64,000 nucleotides of DNA from Alphaproteobacteria bacterium (GCA_965216755.1 CBDCGL010000011.1:4480001-4544000), one strand, 5' to 3'. Counted from the stretch's first letter, positions 48,659 through 59,020 are shown. Made by a program: numbers and translations. Notes: generated from the letters alone by a model not told the origin.

Positions 48659-51600
48659 GTGCGCGTTCTGTTCTGGATCGTCACGGGCATTCTGGTCGTG
48701 TCGCTGGTTGCGATCGGCGGTACCTATGGCGCGCTGCAGACCAATACCGGGCGCGACTATCTGTCTGCCCAAGTCGAAGCCCTGACCCGCGGTACCGACA
48801 ACCATGTGCGGATATCCGGACTGCAGGGGCATGTGCCATTCGATTTTGCTGCCGATGAAATCTCCGTCGCCGATGGCGATGGGGTTTGGTTGACCGTCCG
48901 TGGCCTGGTGCTGGACTGGTCGCCACAATACTTGGTTGGCCGCGTGTTCCGCGCCGAGCGTTTCGCCGTCGAGGAAATTGCCCTGGATCGGGCGCCGCGC
49001 TTGTCAGCAGCGCAGTCCTCAGCGGATTCGGATGCAGACGCCGGCATGGCGATACCGCTGGGGATCGATATTCAGAGCATCCAATTGACTCGGGTCGTGG
49101 TCGGCGCCGCGCTCGCGGGACGCGATGTCGTGTTTGCCGTTGATGGCGAGGCGGCCATCGATCTACCGGCCCAACAGCTTCACGTCGCCATGAAGCTCGA
49201 CAGGTTAGATGGCGTGCCCGGGCGGGCCCGGATCAACGGCACATTTGCCACTGTTACCGAGACGCTGACTCTTGATATATCGATCGACGAGGCGGCCGGC
49301 GGGTTGCTTGGCGCGTTGGCCGGGATGCCCGATCTGCCTGCGGTCACGATGGCGTTGGCCGGCAACGGCCGCCTTGACGACTGGCAGGCAACGCTCGACG
49401 CCCGGGTGCAAGGCCTGGCTGCCGTGACCGGGCAGGCACGCTTGGCCGCCATGCCCGGCGGGCGACAGGCTGAGGCAACATTGGACGCCGATGTCGCCGG
49501 GTTGCTACCCGCCAACCTGCGGCATTTGCTGCGCGATGGCGTTCATGTCGTCGCCTCGTCTCAGTTGATTGATCGCGGTCCGATCGATATCGACCTGCTA
49601 CGTCTCGAAACAACCGCTGGCGCAGCGACATTGTCCGGAACCGTCGACATCGAAGCGCAGCGTGTTGATATGTCCGTTCAAGCCGATGTGGGCGATTTGG
49701 CGGTCGCTGCGCCGTTGATTGGACAAGACATAGCGGGACGCGCGATTCTTGAGGCCGACCTGCACGGGCCTTGGATGTCGACGGTGGCCGAATTTCGTGC
49801 GCGCGCCGATGACCTGGTGCTGACCGATGCCGCGGTCGGCACGATCACCCTTGACGGTGTTGTCCGGCCCGACGGTGGAGACTGGGGTGCCGCCGGGACG
49901 GAGATCGCAGTGAGCGCTGATGGGCACCTCGACGATGTCATGGTCGCCGGCGCCGAGACGGTTTTGGCGGCATTGGGCAACGACGTCGGACTCGCGGCAG
50001 AAGCCCGGGTAAATCAACACACGCAGCTTGTTCTTGTCGACTCTGCCACCGTGCAAACAGCGACCATGGTTCTGTCGTCGGCCGGCCGCGTCGAACTGAT
50101 GGATGGCCGCATGCGGTTCGCCGTGCGCGGTGAGGTGCCTGACTTGGTGCCGTTTGCGCCACTTGCGGGCACGGCACTCGCCGGCGGCATCGGCCTCGAT
50201 GCCGAAATTGAGTTTGGCCAGGCGATGCCAGCAGTTATCGCGTTCAGCGTCGACGGCAAGGAGATGCGCTCAGGCGTCCCGTTCGCTGACGCTTTGATTG
50301 GGACGGCACCGATGGTGGCCGGGGTCGCGGAGATCGATCCCGGGGGCGCGGTGACCGTACGCGAAGCCCGATTGCAAGGGGCGTCGGTGTCGGCCGATGT
50401 TGCGGGCACGCTTGGCGCCGACGGCCATGTTGATGCGATGGTTCAGGCAGCATTGCCCGAACTTGCCGCGCTCAGCGATGCCACCGGCATGGGCGTGGCC
50501 GGCTCCTTCGATGTCAGTGCCGCGCTTAGCGGGACAGTCGCGGCGCCTGCCGCGGTGGTCGATTTCGGATTGCGCGACGCCGTGGTCGACCAATCTCCGC
50601 CGTTGAGCGCCACGGGGCGTATCCATGCCGCCGATCTAACGGGAGCGATTAACGGTCGTGCAGCAATCAATGTAGGCCTTATGGATACCGAAACAACGGC
50701 TGCGTTTGACTATGCCATGGTTGAAGAGGCTGTGTTGATCGACGACATCACGGTCGATGCGACCGCATTGAGAATAGGCGGCGACCTAAGCGTGCCGCTC
50801 AATGGTGGTGCGGCAATTGGCGCGTTGACCGGTCAGGTGACGGATCTGAGCCCCTGGGGCGCGTTGGCGGGTGTAGATGCCGGCGGCCATGTTAGGTTTG
50901 ACTTGGCCTTGCGCGCCGATGCCGGCGGCCAGGGTTTCCAACTCGCCGCAAATGGCGAATCGCTTGTGATGGCCGACAACCCGGTGTCGCTTGCCGCGGT
51001 GGCCGTTAATGTCACGGGCCGTCCCGATCAGTTCGAGTTCGACGTTGACCTTGATGGCAATCACGACCGTCCGATTTCGCTGCAGAGCGCCGGCAACGTG
51101 GCGCGGACATCCGACGGCGGGCAACAGCTGCGGCTGGCTCGGCTCGACGGCCGATACGGAGATATTCCCGTGCAACTCGCCGAGACGGCGGTGATCGATT
51201 TTCTGGGCGGCGCGGTTTCCGTTGAGAATTTCGCGGCGACGGTCGCGACCGGCACCGTGCGCGCACGTGGCCGCTACGGTGAAGAACGCATCGTCTTGAA
51301 TGCCGCGCTCGCCCAACTTCCCGTTGCGCTGGTGGCGCCGGACATTGCCGGCACGGTGGACGTGCAGATTGACGCGGATTTGACGGCAGGTTCACCACGA
51401 CTCGATGGCCGGGCGGAGCTTGTCGGCCTGCGCGTGCAAGATGACTCGATAGGGCCGTTGCCCGGGATCGATATCGGCGCAGACTTGACTTGGCAGGGGC
51501 AAAGTGCGGCCGTTGACATTGCGGCCACTGGCGTGCCCGGTGCCACGATCAGCGCCGGTTTCAGCCTGCCGCTGGGCACCGACGGCGTATCACCCTTGCC

Positions 51601-52915
51601 ACAATGGTCCAGCTCAGGAGAACTAAAAGGTCATGTCTCGGTCGATGCCGCCTTGGAGAAGTTGGCCTTTTTGATTCCGGACGAGAACAGTGTCGTACGT
51701 GGGGCACTGGCGGTTCAGGCCGATATTACCGGCAACATCGCCGAACCCGAGGTTCGCGGGACCACGGCCCTGAGCGGCGGCTATTACGAGAATGTTGCGA
51801 CGGGCACGATTGTCGACGATATCGAGCTGCGGATCCAAGGTGACGATCGTCGGATAACGATTGTCGAGCTCACGGCAAACGATGGTGGCGACGGTCGGAT
51901 CAACGGACACGGGCATATCGACTTGGATGCCGCGACTGATTTCCCGGTTTCATTTGATGTCGAGTTTGATCGCTTTGAAGCTCTGCGCAGCGACGATGCC
52001 ACCGCCGCGGCGTCGGGGGCGCTAGCGGTGCGCGGTCCGACCACGGCGCTTGCGCTAACGGGCGGTGTTACTGTCGGACCCGCGGAAATCCGCATTCCGG
52101 ATTCTGCGCCGGCGGGGGTCACGACATTGGATGTGATCGAAGTTAACGGCCAGGAGGGCGCCGGCGATGACATAGCCCAGCGGGAGCCGAAACGGGAGTC
52201 GCCAATCGCACTGGATATCGATATCAATATGCCCGGCCGGGTGTTCGTCCGTGGTCGCGGCCTGACTTCGGAATGGCGGGGACAACTCAGCGTCACGGGA
52301 ACGAGCGATGCGCCGCTGGTGCTCGGCACCTTACAGGTCGTACGGGGGCAATTCGAACTGATCGGCCGGCTATTGGACCTGGAACGTGGGGTGATTACTT
52401 TTGACCAGGCGGCGGTCAATGACCCGGGGTTGGACATCCGCGCGGTTGGCGACGCGGATGACATCATTGCAGTGATCTTGGTCTCAGGGCGCGCGTCGGC
52501 GCCAGTGTTGGAGTTGACCAGCGAGCCGCCGCTGCCGTCAGACGAAGTTCTGGCGCGGGTCCTGTATGGCAAGAGTGTCGGCAACCTCTCACCCATTCAG
52601 GCTTTGGGCGTGGCTCGCGGCCTGGCCACTTTAACCGGCGTGGGATCGGGTCCCGGGTTTTTGGACAAAGTACGCGGCGTCACCGGGCTTGACACCTTGG
52701 ACGTGCAGTCGGGGGGCGAAAGCGTTGACGAGGGTCGGTTGCGGGCCGGGAAATATATCGCTGATGGGGTTCTGTTGTCCGTTGAGCAAGGGCTAGCTCA
52801 GGGTAGCACGCGCGCCACATTGGAAGTGGATATCACACCAAATATTTCAGTTGAAACGAATGTTGGCGCCGATGCCCAAACTGGGATTGGCGTCAACGTC
52901 AAAACCGACTATTGA
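48659..52915 (+). CDS. tamB: TamB (DUF490)
   Basis: N-terminal TM, long beta-taco body, VFVRGRGL, SEPPLPSDEVLARVLYG, and AGKYI. Follows tamA. Confidence 0.93.
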   Translation: MRVLFWIVTGILVVSLVAIGGTYGALQTNTGRDYLSAQVEALTRGTDNHVRISGLQGHVPFDFAADEISVADGDGVWLTVRGLVLDWSPQYLVGRVFRAERFAVEEIALDRAPRLSAAQSSADSDADAGMAIPLGIDIQSIQLTRVVVGAALAGRDVVFAVDGEAAIDLPAQQLHVAMKLDRLDGVPGRARINGTFATVTETLTLDISIDEAAGGLLGALAGMPDLPAVTMALAGNGRLDDWQATLDARVQGLAAVTGQARLAAMPGGRQAEATLDADVAGLLPANLRHLLRDGVHVVASSQLIDRGPIDIDLLRLETTAGAATLSGTVDIEAQRVDMSVQADVGDLAVAAPLIGQDIAGRAILEADLHGPWMSTVAEFRARADDLVLTDAAVGTITLDGVVRPDGGDWGAAGTEIAVSADGHLDDVMVAGAETVLAALGNDVGLAAEARVNQHTQLVLVDSATVQTATMVLSSAGRVELMDGRMRFAVRGEVPDLVPFAPLAGTALAGGIGLDAEIEFGQAMPAVIAFSVDGKEMRSGVPFADALIGTAPMVAGVAEIDPGGAVTVREARLQGASVSADVAGTLGADGHVDAMVQAALPELAALSDATGMGVAGSFDVSAALSGTVAAPAAVVDFGLRDAVVDQSPPLSATGRIHAADLTGAINGRAAINVGLMDTETTAAFDYAMVEEAVLIDDITVDATALRIGGDLSVPLNGGAAIGALTGQVTDLSPWGALAGVDAGGHVRFDLALRADAGGQGFQLAANGESLVMADNPVSLAAVAVNVTGRPDQFEFDVDLDGNHDRPISLQSAGNVARTSDGGQQLRLARLDGRYGDIPVQLAETAVIDFLGGAVSVENFAATVATGTVRARGRYGEERIVLNAALAQLPVALVAPDIAGTVDVQIDADLTAGSPRLDGRAELVGLRVQDDSIGPLPGIDIGADLTWQGQSAAVDIAATGVPGATISAGFSLPLGTDGVSPLPQWSSSGELKGHVSVDAALEKLAFLIPDENSVVRGALAVQADITGNIAEPEVRGTTALSGGYYENVATGTIVDDIELRIQGDDRRITIVELTANDGGDGRINGHGHIDLDAATDFPVSFDVEFDRFEALRSDDATAAASGALAVRGPTTALALTGGVTVGPAEIRIPDSAPAGVTTLDVIEVNGQEGAGDDIAQREPKRESPIALDIDINMPGRVFVRGRGLTSEWRGQLSVTGTSDAPLVLGTLQVVRGQFELIGRLLDLERGVITFDQAAVNDPGLDIRAVGDADDIIAVILVSGRASAPVLELTSEPPLPSDEVLARVLYGKSVGNLSPIQALGVARGLATLTGVGSGPGFLDKVRGVTGLDTLDVQSGGESVDEGRLRAGKYIADGVLLSVEQGLAQGSTRATLEVDITPNISVETNVGADAQTGIGVNVKTDY

Positions 52916-52925
52916 TCTCTCGTTT

Positions 52926-55421
52926 TCAATCGGCAGAAGGCGGCGTCTGTGACAGGGCCAGTGGCGCGGCAGCCAGCGCCGGCGGAAAGTCTCCGATATG
53001 GTAGTTGTGGCATTCCGTGCAGCGATCGCCGGCCAGTTCATGCTTATGGCATGCAGCGCAGGTTGATTTGTCCAATGAACGGAAATTACTCGCGAATTGG
53101 GCGGGTTGGCGGTGGTCAAAACTGGCCATGTACGCTGCTGCCGGATCCAGGATGTGGCAAGTGAGGCATCCGGCCTCGTTCAACAGGCTGAAATGGGGGA
53201 CATGCGCGTAGACGCTGAATCGCTTGTCATTTGGCTGTGGCGGCACGGTCAGCCAATTGATGAGGAACCCGCCATTTTGGCCCTTGCGGTCGTCGACGCT
53301 GTGGCACTTGGTACAGGAGCCGACTGTTTTTGAGTTGGTGAGTAGTTGTGCCAGCGGTGCGCCAAGGGGATCAGCGCCGCCGATCATGCCGGACAGGTCA
53401 AGCCATGCGCGCATGAACCCGTCGGCATGATCGCCAGGTCGGTAATACAAGCCATAGTCTTGCCGATACCAGCCGCCAGCATTGCTCCAGGCTTCTGGGG
53501 CGACCGGCCTTAGCGCTTGCGGCAGCGGTGTCACGTCCACGTCCGCCACCGGCGCCGACGCGCGGTCGTTGCTGTCCGGCATGTCGCCCGCGTTGCCGTC
53601 CGAAAGGCTGATTTCATCGTCGTCTGCCAGCAGTCCTTCGTCCCCCAGTAGGTCGCCGTCGTTGCCCAGCAGGTCGCCACCGTCTGCTAGCAAATCATCG
53701 CCCAGCAAATCACCATCGTCCGCCAGCAGATCGTCGTCGAGCAGGCCGCCAAGGTCGCCATTGTCGGCTTCCGCGGTCGGTGTATCGAATAGGGTCTCGG
53801 CATCGTCAGCGGCGCCGTCGCTGTCGAGCAGGCCGCCAAGGTCCAGCTCTTCCGTTGTTTGGGCGGGCGTCTCGGCAAGGTCACCAGTCGCCTCCGGTTC
53901 CGACACGTGGCTGGCGATTTCCGAGGCCGTTGGCCCCATGACGATGTCGCCCGCCGCGTGGCGCGCCAACTCGGTGCCCAAGTCTGGAAACCACTCGCTT
54001 TGTGCCGCCAAGACGGCATCGGTTGGCAGCATGCCGATCAATGATGCGACTTGGTCACTTGTTAGCTGTCGCCCAGCCACTCGTGACAGTCGATCGGCAT
54101 ATGCGTCGTGGCCGTCGACGACAATTGACCCGAGCATTTTTTTGACGCCCCACGCGACGCGGGCGACGGCGGCCAATTGGTGGTCGTCTGCGTCCAACAA
54201 ATCGAGCAGGTCCAGCGTCGACACCTCGTCCAGAGCGTCGGCGACATCGGGGTCCGCGGCCAGTAGCACACGCACGAAGGGCGTGATCGGGCCGTCGGCA
54301 TAATAGGGCCAATGGCCGATCTCAACATTGCGGGCGTCGAGGGTCTGCAGGTCCAGACCCGGCAACGCAATAACCGGCAGTCCTTTGACACCCGCGCGGC
54401 CCTCGCCGGCGATTTGTTTGCCGTGGCACGCGCGGCAAGTTTGGTCGAAGTCCTTCACCAGCATGTAGGCTCCGCCCGTGTCGGGTTCATGGCAGCCGGT
54501 GCAGGCCGTTGGCGCGTCGACGGTGTCCGGTTCCCTAAAATGCTTACCGATATGACCGACATGGTCGAAAATAATCCGCGTTCGCCTTTGATAAGGAAAC
54601 GACTCAAACTGCGGATGACCCTGGACAAACGTATCAAATGCTCTTTCGTGACATGTGTGGCAGTGCAGGTTGGAAATCTCGTCCAAGGTATAGCGCTGCC
54701 CGTGATGCTCTCGATGACACGTTGAACAGGCCAAATCTTGGTCCTTCGGCTGTTGGCCGAATACGAACTTGGCCACTGTCGGCATAATTGAAACTTGCTG
54801 CGGTCGTGGCATGTTCTGCAAGCGGGTCGTGACCGGCTTCAATGTTTCCGGCGCCAAGCTGTGTGCTTTGGTCGCGTAGTTGCCAAGCCGATGGCACGCA
54901 AGACATGGCGCGCTGTCTTCCGCTGCGCTCCGCGGTAAGAACGCTGCCTGCAGCCAGCCAATAAGTCCGTGCTCGGAACCAGTGTGGCATCCGTCGCAGG
55001 TCGCCACGTCGCCATGTTGATAGGTCACTTCGCCGGGCACGACCACACGCTCCGCCAGGCGACCATTGAGCAGTAAGAGGATGGCACCAACGGTCAGGCA
55101 CACAAGCCACAGTGTTGTCAAACCGCGTCGGGCACGATCACTACGTTTGGGGACGCAGCGGTCTATCGGACGGGCGCAGCGACCATCAGGAAGCGGGCCG
55201 TCGGTGCAACGGCCGCCATATTGCGGTGCACGCGTGCACGACCATCGATCGTCGGTATTGAGTGGAATGCATTCAAAATCGGCCCGGCATTGGCCACGCA
55301 AATCCGGTCCGATCCGGCATGTGCGACCGTCTTGGGCGCGTCCGCAGACCCATGGCTGCGACGGCCGTTCATAAGCACTTTCGCGGTGACCAAACCGCTG
55401 CCAAAGGGATGACATACTCAC
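52926..55421 (-). CDS. membrane-anchored decaheme c-type cytochrome with N-terminal Cys-rich repeats
   Basis: Ten CxxCH motifs (CDGCH, CLACH, CSTCH, CHTCH, CTGCH, CRACH, CTKCH, CLTCH, CAACH, CTECH) after a single TM helix; 8 further Cys before the TM. Confidence 0.9.
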   Translation of the reverse strand: MSMSSLWQRFGHRESAYERPSQPWVCGRAQDGRTCRIGPDLRGQCRADFECIPLNTDDRWSCTRAPQYGGRCTDGPLPDGRCARPIDRCVPKRSDRARRGLTTLWLVCLTVGAILLLLNGRLAERVVVPGEVTYQHGDVATCDGCHTGSEHGLIGWLQAAFLPRSAAEDSAPCLACHRLGNYATKAHSLAPETLKPVTTRLQNMPRPQQVSIMPTVAKFVFGQQPKDQDLACSTCHREHHGQRYTLDEISNLHCHTCHERAFDTFVQGHPQFESFPYQRRTRIIFDHVGHIGKHFREPDTVDAPTACTGCHEPDTGGAYMLVKDFDQTCRACHGKQIAGEGRAGVKGLPVIALPGLDLQTLDARNVEIGHWPYYADGPITPFVRVLLAADPDVADALDEVSTLDLLDLLDADDHQLAAVARVAWGVKKMLGSIVVDGHDAYADRLSRVAGRQLTSDQVASLIGMLPTDAVLAAQSEWFPDLGTELARHAAGDIVMGPTASEIASHVSEPEATGDLAETPAQTTEELDLGGLLDSDGAADDAETLFDTPTAEADNGDLGGLLDDDLLADDGDLLGDDLLADGGDLLGNDGDLLGDEGLLADDDEISLSDGNAGDMPDSNDRASAPVADVDVTPLPQALRPVAPEAWSNAGGWYRQDYGLYYRPGDHADGFMRAWLDLSGMIGGADPLGAPLAQLLTNSKTVGSCTKCHSVDDRKGQNGGFLINWLTVPPQPNDKRFSVYAHVPHFSLLNEAGCLTCHILDPAAAYMASFDHRQPAQFASNFRSLDKSTCAACHKHELAGDRCTECHNYHIGDFPPALAAAPLALSQTPPSAD

Positions 55422-55424
55422 GGC

Positions 55425-56249
55425 TTACGAGAACGCATAGACCAGGACAATATGAACCAAGATGAGGATCAGAAGCACGGTGCTGACTGGCACGTGGACA
55501 AACTGCCAACGGCGCAACAAAGATTGCATCGCGTATTGAAAATCCAAGTCGTCTTTTGTGCGCACCAAATCGGCAAGCTGGTCCATCACGGCGCACTCGC
55601 CAGCGTCCAGATAACGTTCGAGGCCGCGCATTTGATTGAGCAACCGGGTGCGTGGTCGGCCGGACAGCATGGCGTGGCGCCAGAAATTTCGGGGCCGATC
55701 AAAAAAGCTATGCAACTGGTCGCTGTAATAATCCGCGATCGTCGTCGAGCGGGCGTCCTTAACAGAATTGATCGCCAGAGCTTCGGCTTGCGTCGCCAGT
55801 TTGCGCCGGTAGATCGGAATCCGTTCGTAAACGACATTCTCACCCCGCACAGACAGCCGGGGCGGCACGGCGCGGAACAGAAGCCAACCGACCAAACCGC
55901 TGGCGACGACGAAAGCAAAAGCAATGGCGAGAACGGTTTCGAACGGCCCGTCCGGTACTTGCCAGTCGACGTGCACGCCGAAGAGAAACGCACAGACCAA
56001 GCCGATATAGACGTGCAGTTGCAGCCAAGCGGACGACGAACCCAACGGCAAAAACGGCAACCGCCGGCGAATTTGATAGCAAGCCAAGAAGAGGATCGTC
56101 AGAAACAATGTCCAGCCGGTCAAGAATGATGGATTGCGCAGCGTCGATGCATAGATCGCGTGCACGCCGGCGAGTACGATCACGATCACAACAGCCGTCC
56201 CCGCATGCACCATTCGGCGCCTGGCAAAGGTGATCATCTGTGGATCCAA
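55425..56249 (-). CDS. integral membrane protein, probable diheme cytochrome b (ferric-reductase-like TM domain)
   Basis: About five TM helices, with two H-x13-H pairs (HVYIGLVCAFLFGVH and HVPVSTVLLILILVH). Confidence 0.75.
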   Translation of the reverse strand: MDPQMITFARRRMVHAGTAVVIVIVLAGVHAIYASTLRNPSFLTGWTLFLTILFLACYQIRRRLPFLPLGSSSAWLQLHVYIGLVCAFLFGVHVDWQVPDGPFETVLAIAFAFVVASGLVGWLLFRAVPPRLSVRGENVVYERIPIYRRKLATQAEALAINSVKDARSTTIADYYSDQLHSFFDRPRNFWRHAMLSGRPRTRLLNQMRGLERYLDAGECAVMDQLADLVRTKDDLDFQYAMQSLLRRWQFVHVPVSTVLLILILVHIVLVYAFS

Positions 56250-57946
56250 GCCATCAACTTGTCCGGTGTTCTGAGATCGATGCGAACCAAGGCATCATTC
56301 GGACACGCGCGCTGGCACGCGGGACCACCCAATTGATCGGCACAAAGGTCGCATTTGGTTGCCCGCTCGATGGGCGCATTGGTGGCCTGATCGATGACGA
56401 ATTCGCCAGCCCGATTACGGATGTTCACCAACCGAATATTATTGTAGGGGCACGCACTCGCACAGGTCCCACAACCGATGCATGTGTCGTCGTTGATCAC
56501 CACAGTGCCGCCCTCTGTATCGCGGTGGATCGCGCCGGTTGGACAGCCGATGAGGCAGACCGGATCGACGCAATGCATGCAGGCATTGGCGATCATGAAA
56601 TGATCATAGTGCGGGCCGTGGCGGACAAATCGCGGGTTGTTGCCATGCGCGGCGGCGCACGCGCGCACGCATTCGTCGCAGCGTGTGCACCGGTCGACGT
56701 CGATGACCATAGTCTGTGTGCCGTTAATAAACCGATTGTCGACCAAAAACTCCAGCATGGCCGACTCGATGCGCCCTTCGGACGTGCCACGCTGCCACGC
56801 CGATTGAACGCCGCTGCGGGTTTCAACCGGTTCCGGCAGCGCCGCGGCCGGCATGGTTGGCAAAATGTGGTCGGCGACCAGATCACCGGGGATGCGCAGC
56901 ACGTCGACATATCCTGTCGCGCGCATGGTGCCTTGGAATGAAATCTGCTGATCGTTACGCCAATTGTGGACGATTTCCCTCAGGCCGAACGTGCCCCCGG
57001 GGCCCAAATAGCCGACCGTGCGATGGCCGTGGTCGACCCGTTCGGTGACCCGCGCAAATCCCGACCGCACAATAATCAAGCTATCGGCGTGTTCATCTTC
57101 GCCAGCGATAATCGGCTCGCCGGCGAGCCTTTCAGCATGTGTCCGTTCGCCCGCTGCCTTGTAGGCCGTGTACCATTCGAAACTGCCATAAGAGGCAAAC
57201 TGCGTGCGCGGCGCAATCTCCGCGATTTGCCCGGGGGTCAGGTGGGAGAGCAGGGGTGTGTCGCGAAGCTGGGCCGCCAAACTGCGCTCGCGATATAGCT
57301 GATCAATCTGTTCACGAAACTTGCGATCGCGACGGCGGATATCACGCAGACCTTGCCATCGAATTTCCAGCAGCTCCGAATCGCCGTCGGCGTAGATCGT
57401 TGCCGTTCGAGGCGCGCGCGATATGGCGCCAATCTCGCCGAACATTTCGCCCGCGCCTATGAGGGCGGTCCGATGGTTCTTCGTCACTTGCGCCGGATCG
57501 GGCAACGCGACGCGGATATCGTCGTCACCGTCGCCACGGACAATGACTTGCTCGCGCCGTCCCAAGTCACGGACTTCCGGTTGGCCAGGGTTGTTCCAAA
57601 GCTGGCTGATCGCCGACCACATCCCCCGCCGACTCGCTTCTTGGCGACCCAACGCTTTGGCAGGTAGCCGTGGGCCAAGCACGACCCGCGCGGCACCGGT
57701 CAGCACAACAAACGCCGAATTGCCATAATCCTCGGCGCGCACGACAATGTCGCCATAGCTATAACTGCGAATGCGCGTGTCATTGCGGATGATATCGCGC
57801 AAAGGCGCTGTATCTGGGAAGCTTGACGGATCGACTTGGGCAAAGGGATCGTGCGCCAAAACGCGATCAATGTCGGCTTCCGACATCGACGTGCTAAACG
57901 GATTTTCCCAACGGTCCGGACGATGAATTTCTACCGGTCGCGCCAT
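56234..57946 (-). CDS. two cyclic-nucleotide-binding domains fused to a four-cluster 4Fe-4S (DmsB/NrfC-type) module
   Basis: GEMFGEIGAISRAPRTAT phosphate-binding cassette and a second degenerate cNMP domain. Sixteen Cys: CTRCDECVRAC, CMHCVDPVCLIGCP, CIGCGTCASACP, and CDLC...PACQRACP. Confidence 0.9.
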   Translation of the reverse strand: MARPVEIHRPDRWENPFSTSMSEADIDRVLAHDPFAQVDPSSFPDTAPLRDIIRNDTRIRSYSYGDIVVRAEDYGNSAFVVLTGAARVVLGPRLPAKALGRQEASRRGMWSAISQLWNNPGQPEVRDLGRREQVIVRGDGDDDIRVALPDPAQVTKNHRTALIGAGEMFGEIGAISRAPRTATIYADGDSELLEIRWQGLRDIRRRDRKFREQIDQLYRERSLAAQLRDTPLLSHLTPGQIAEIAPRTQFASYGSFEWYTAYKAAGERTHAERLAGEPIIAGEDEHADSLIIVRSGFARVTERVDHGHRTVGYLGPGGTFGLREIVHNWRNDQQISFQGTMRATGYVDVLRIPGDLVADHILPTMPAAALPEPVETRSGVQSAWQRGTSEGRIESAMLEFLVDNRFINGTQTMVIDVDRCTRCDECVRACAAAHGNNPRFVRHGPHYDHFMIANACMHCVDPVCLIGCPTGAIHRDTEGGTVVINDDTCIGCGTCASACPYNNIRLVNIRNRAGEFVIDQATNAPIERATKCDLCADQLGGPACQRACPNDALVRIDLRTPDKLMAWIHR

Positions 57947-57967
57947 ACCAGACGAGGCCGCGCCGCG

Positions 57968-59020
57968 CTAGCGGGCTGGCTTACCCTTGTAGCTTTCCGG
58001 CGCGGGAAGCAGGGCATCGAGCCCGGCAAGGTCGGCGCCGTCATTGGATTCGGCAAATTGTCGTGCGGCGGCTTCGATCTCATCGGCGGCCGCGTTCAGC
58101 GCATCCGCGTTGTTCAGCTTGAGTTTGACGCTGCCCGCGACCGCCAGCATGGCGTCAACCTCGGCAATCGACGCGGCTTTGCCGATTTGCTGCAGCCGCT
58201 GAGCCGCGGTCTTTGCCCGTTTTGCCATTGCCTTTGCATAGTCGGCGTTGGCCGTCGCCTTGGCGACGCCGCGCAGGGCGAATGTCAGGTCCAGGGCGCG
58301 CCCGACGACATACATGACGCGCTTGCGCGCGTCAGTCGCCTCGCGATTGGCTTTGCCTTCGGAAAACCAAATATTGTGACGCACTTCGCCTTGCGACCAG
58401 GCAACGAGCTCAAAAGCGCTGCCAGCCGGGTGGCCGCCTTCATTGACGAGTTTTTCCTCTGGCACGGTATGGCAGCCATAGCAGTTCGATGCCCAATCGA
58501 CGATCCACAACGGCCGGATCAATCCGGCAGCCTCGACCGTTGCTAGTCGTTCCGCCTTATGTTCAGGTGTCTCCGATTCTGCGGTGACATCCTTGCCGCC
58601 AAAATCGCTGTGGGGATCATTCCAATCCTTGGCCGCGCCGTGGCACGATTCACAACTGATTCCGGCAATTGCTTTTGTTTCACCGTCTGAAACAGCTTCG
58701 GTGAAATGACAACTCAGACAAACGCTCTCGTCTTTGATGCGGCGCAGGCCCAGCTTGTCGGCGATTTCGCGGGCCTTGTCCTCGCGCGGCATGGTCGTAA
58801 AGGTCTTGGCGTGATGCGTCTCTCGCCACACTTCGACCTCTTCCTTATGGCACTCGCCACACGTGTCGGGCCCCAGCACCATGGCCGGATCAGTTGCCGC
58901 ACCCCCAGCCGCGGCCGGTGCGGCCCAAAGCAGCATCACACCGCCGGCAACGGCGGCTGCCGCGCTGGCAAGTTGATTGTCCATGCCAGGACTTACACTC
59001 AAGGACATCTTGACCGGCAT
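57968..59020 (-). CDS. periplasmic tetraheme cytochrome, c554-like
   Basis: RBS GGGAGG, signal peptide, CGECH, CLSCH, GISCESCHG, CYGCH, and a C-terminal helical domain. Confidence 0.88.
   Translation of the reverse strand: MPVKMSLSVSPGMDNQLASAAAAVAGGVMLLWAAPAAAGGAATDPAMVLGPDTCGECHKEEVEVWRETHHAKTFTTMPREDKAREIADKLGLRRIKDESVCLSCHFTEAVSDGETKAIAGISCESCHGAAKDWNDPHSDFGGKDVTAESETPEHKAERLATVEAAGLIRPLWIVDWASNCYGCHTVPEEKLVNEGGHPAGSAFELVAWSQGEVRHNIWFSEGKANREATDARKRVMYVVGRALDLTFALRGVAKATANADYAKAMAKRAKTAAQRLQQIGKAASIAEVDAMLAVAGSVKLKLNNADALNAAADEIEAAARQFAESNDGADLAGLDALLPAPESYKGKPAR

Noticed and set aside
53613-53765. Periodic DNA in the DLLG tracts (also 63663-63762) as CRISPR or tandem DNA repeat
   Set aside because: In-frame, codon-degenerate 18-21 nt units with no unique spacers and no cas genes; it is a protein-level repeat.
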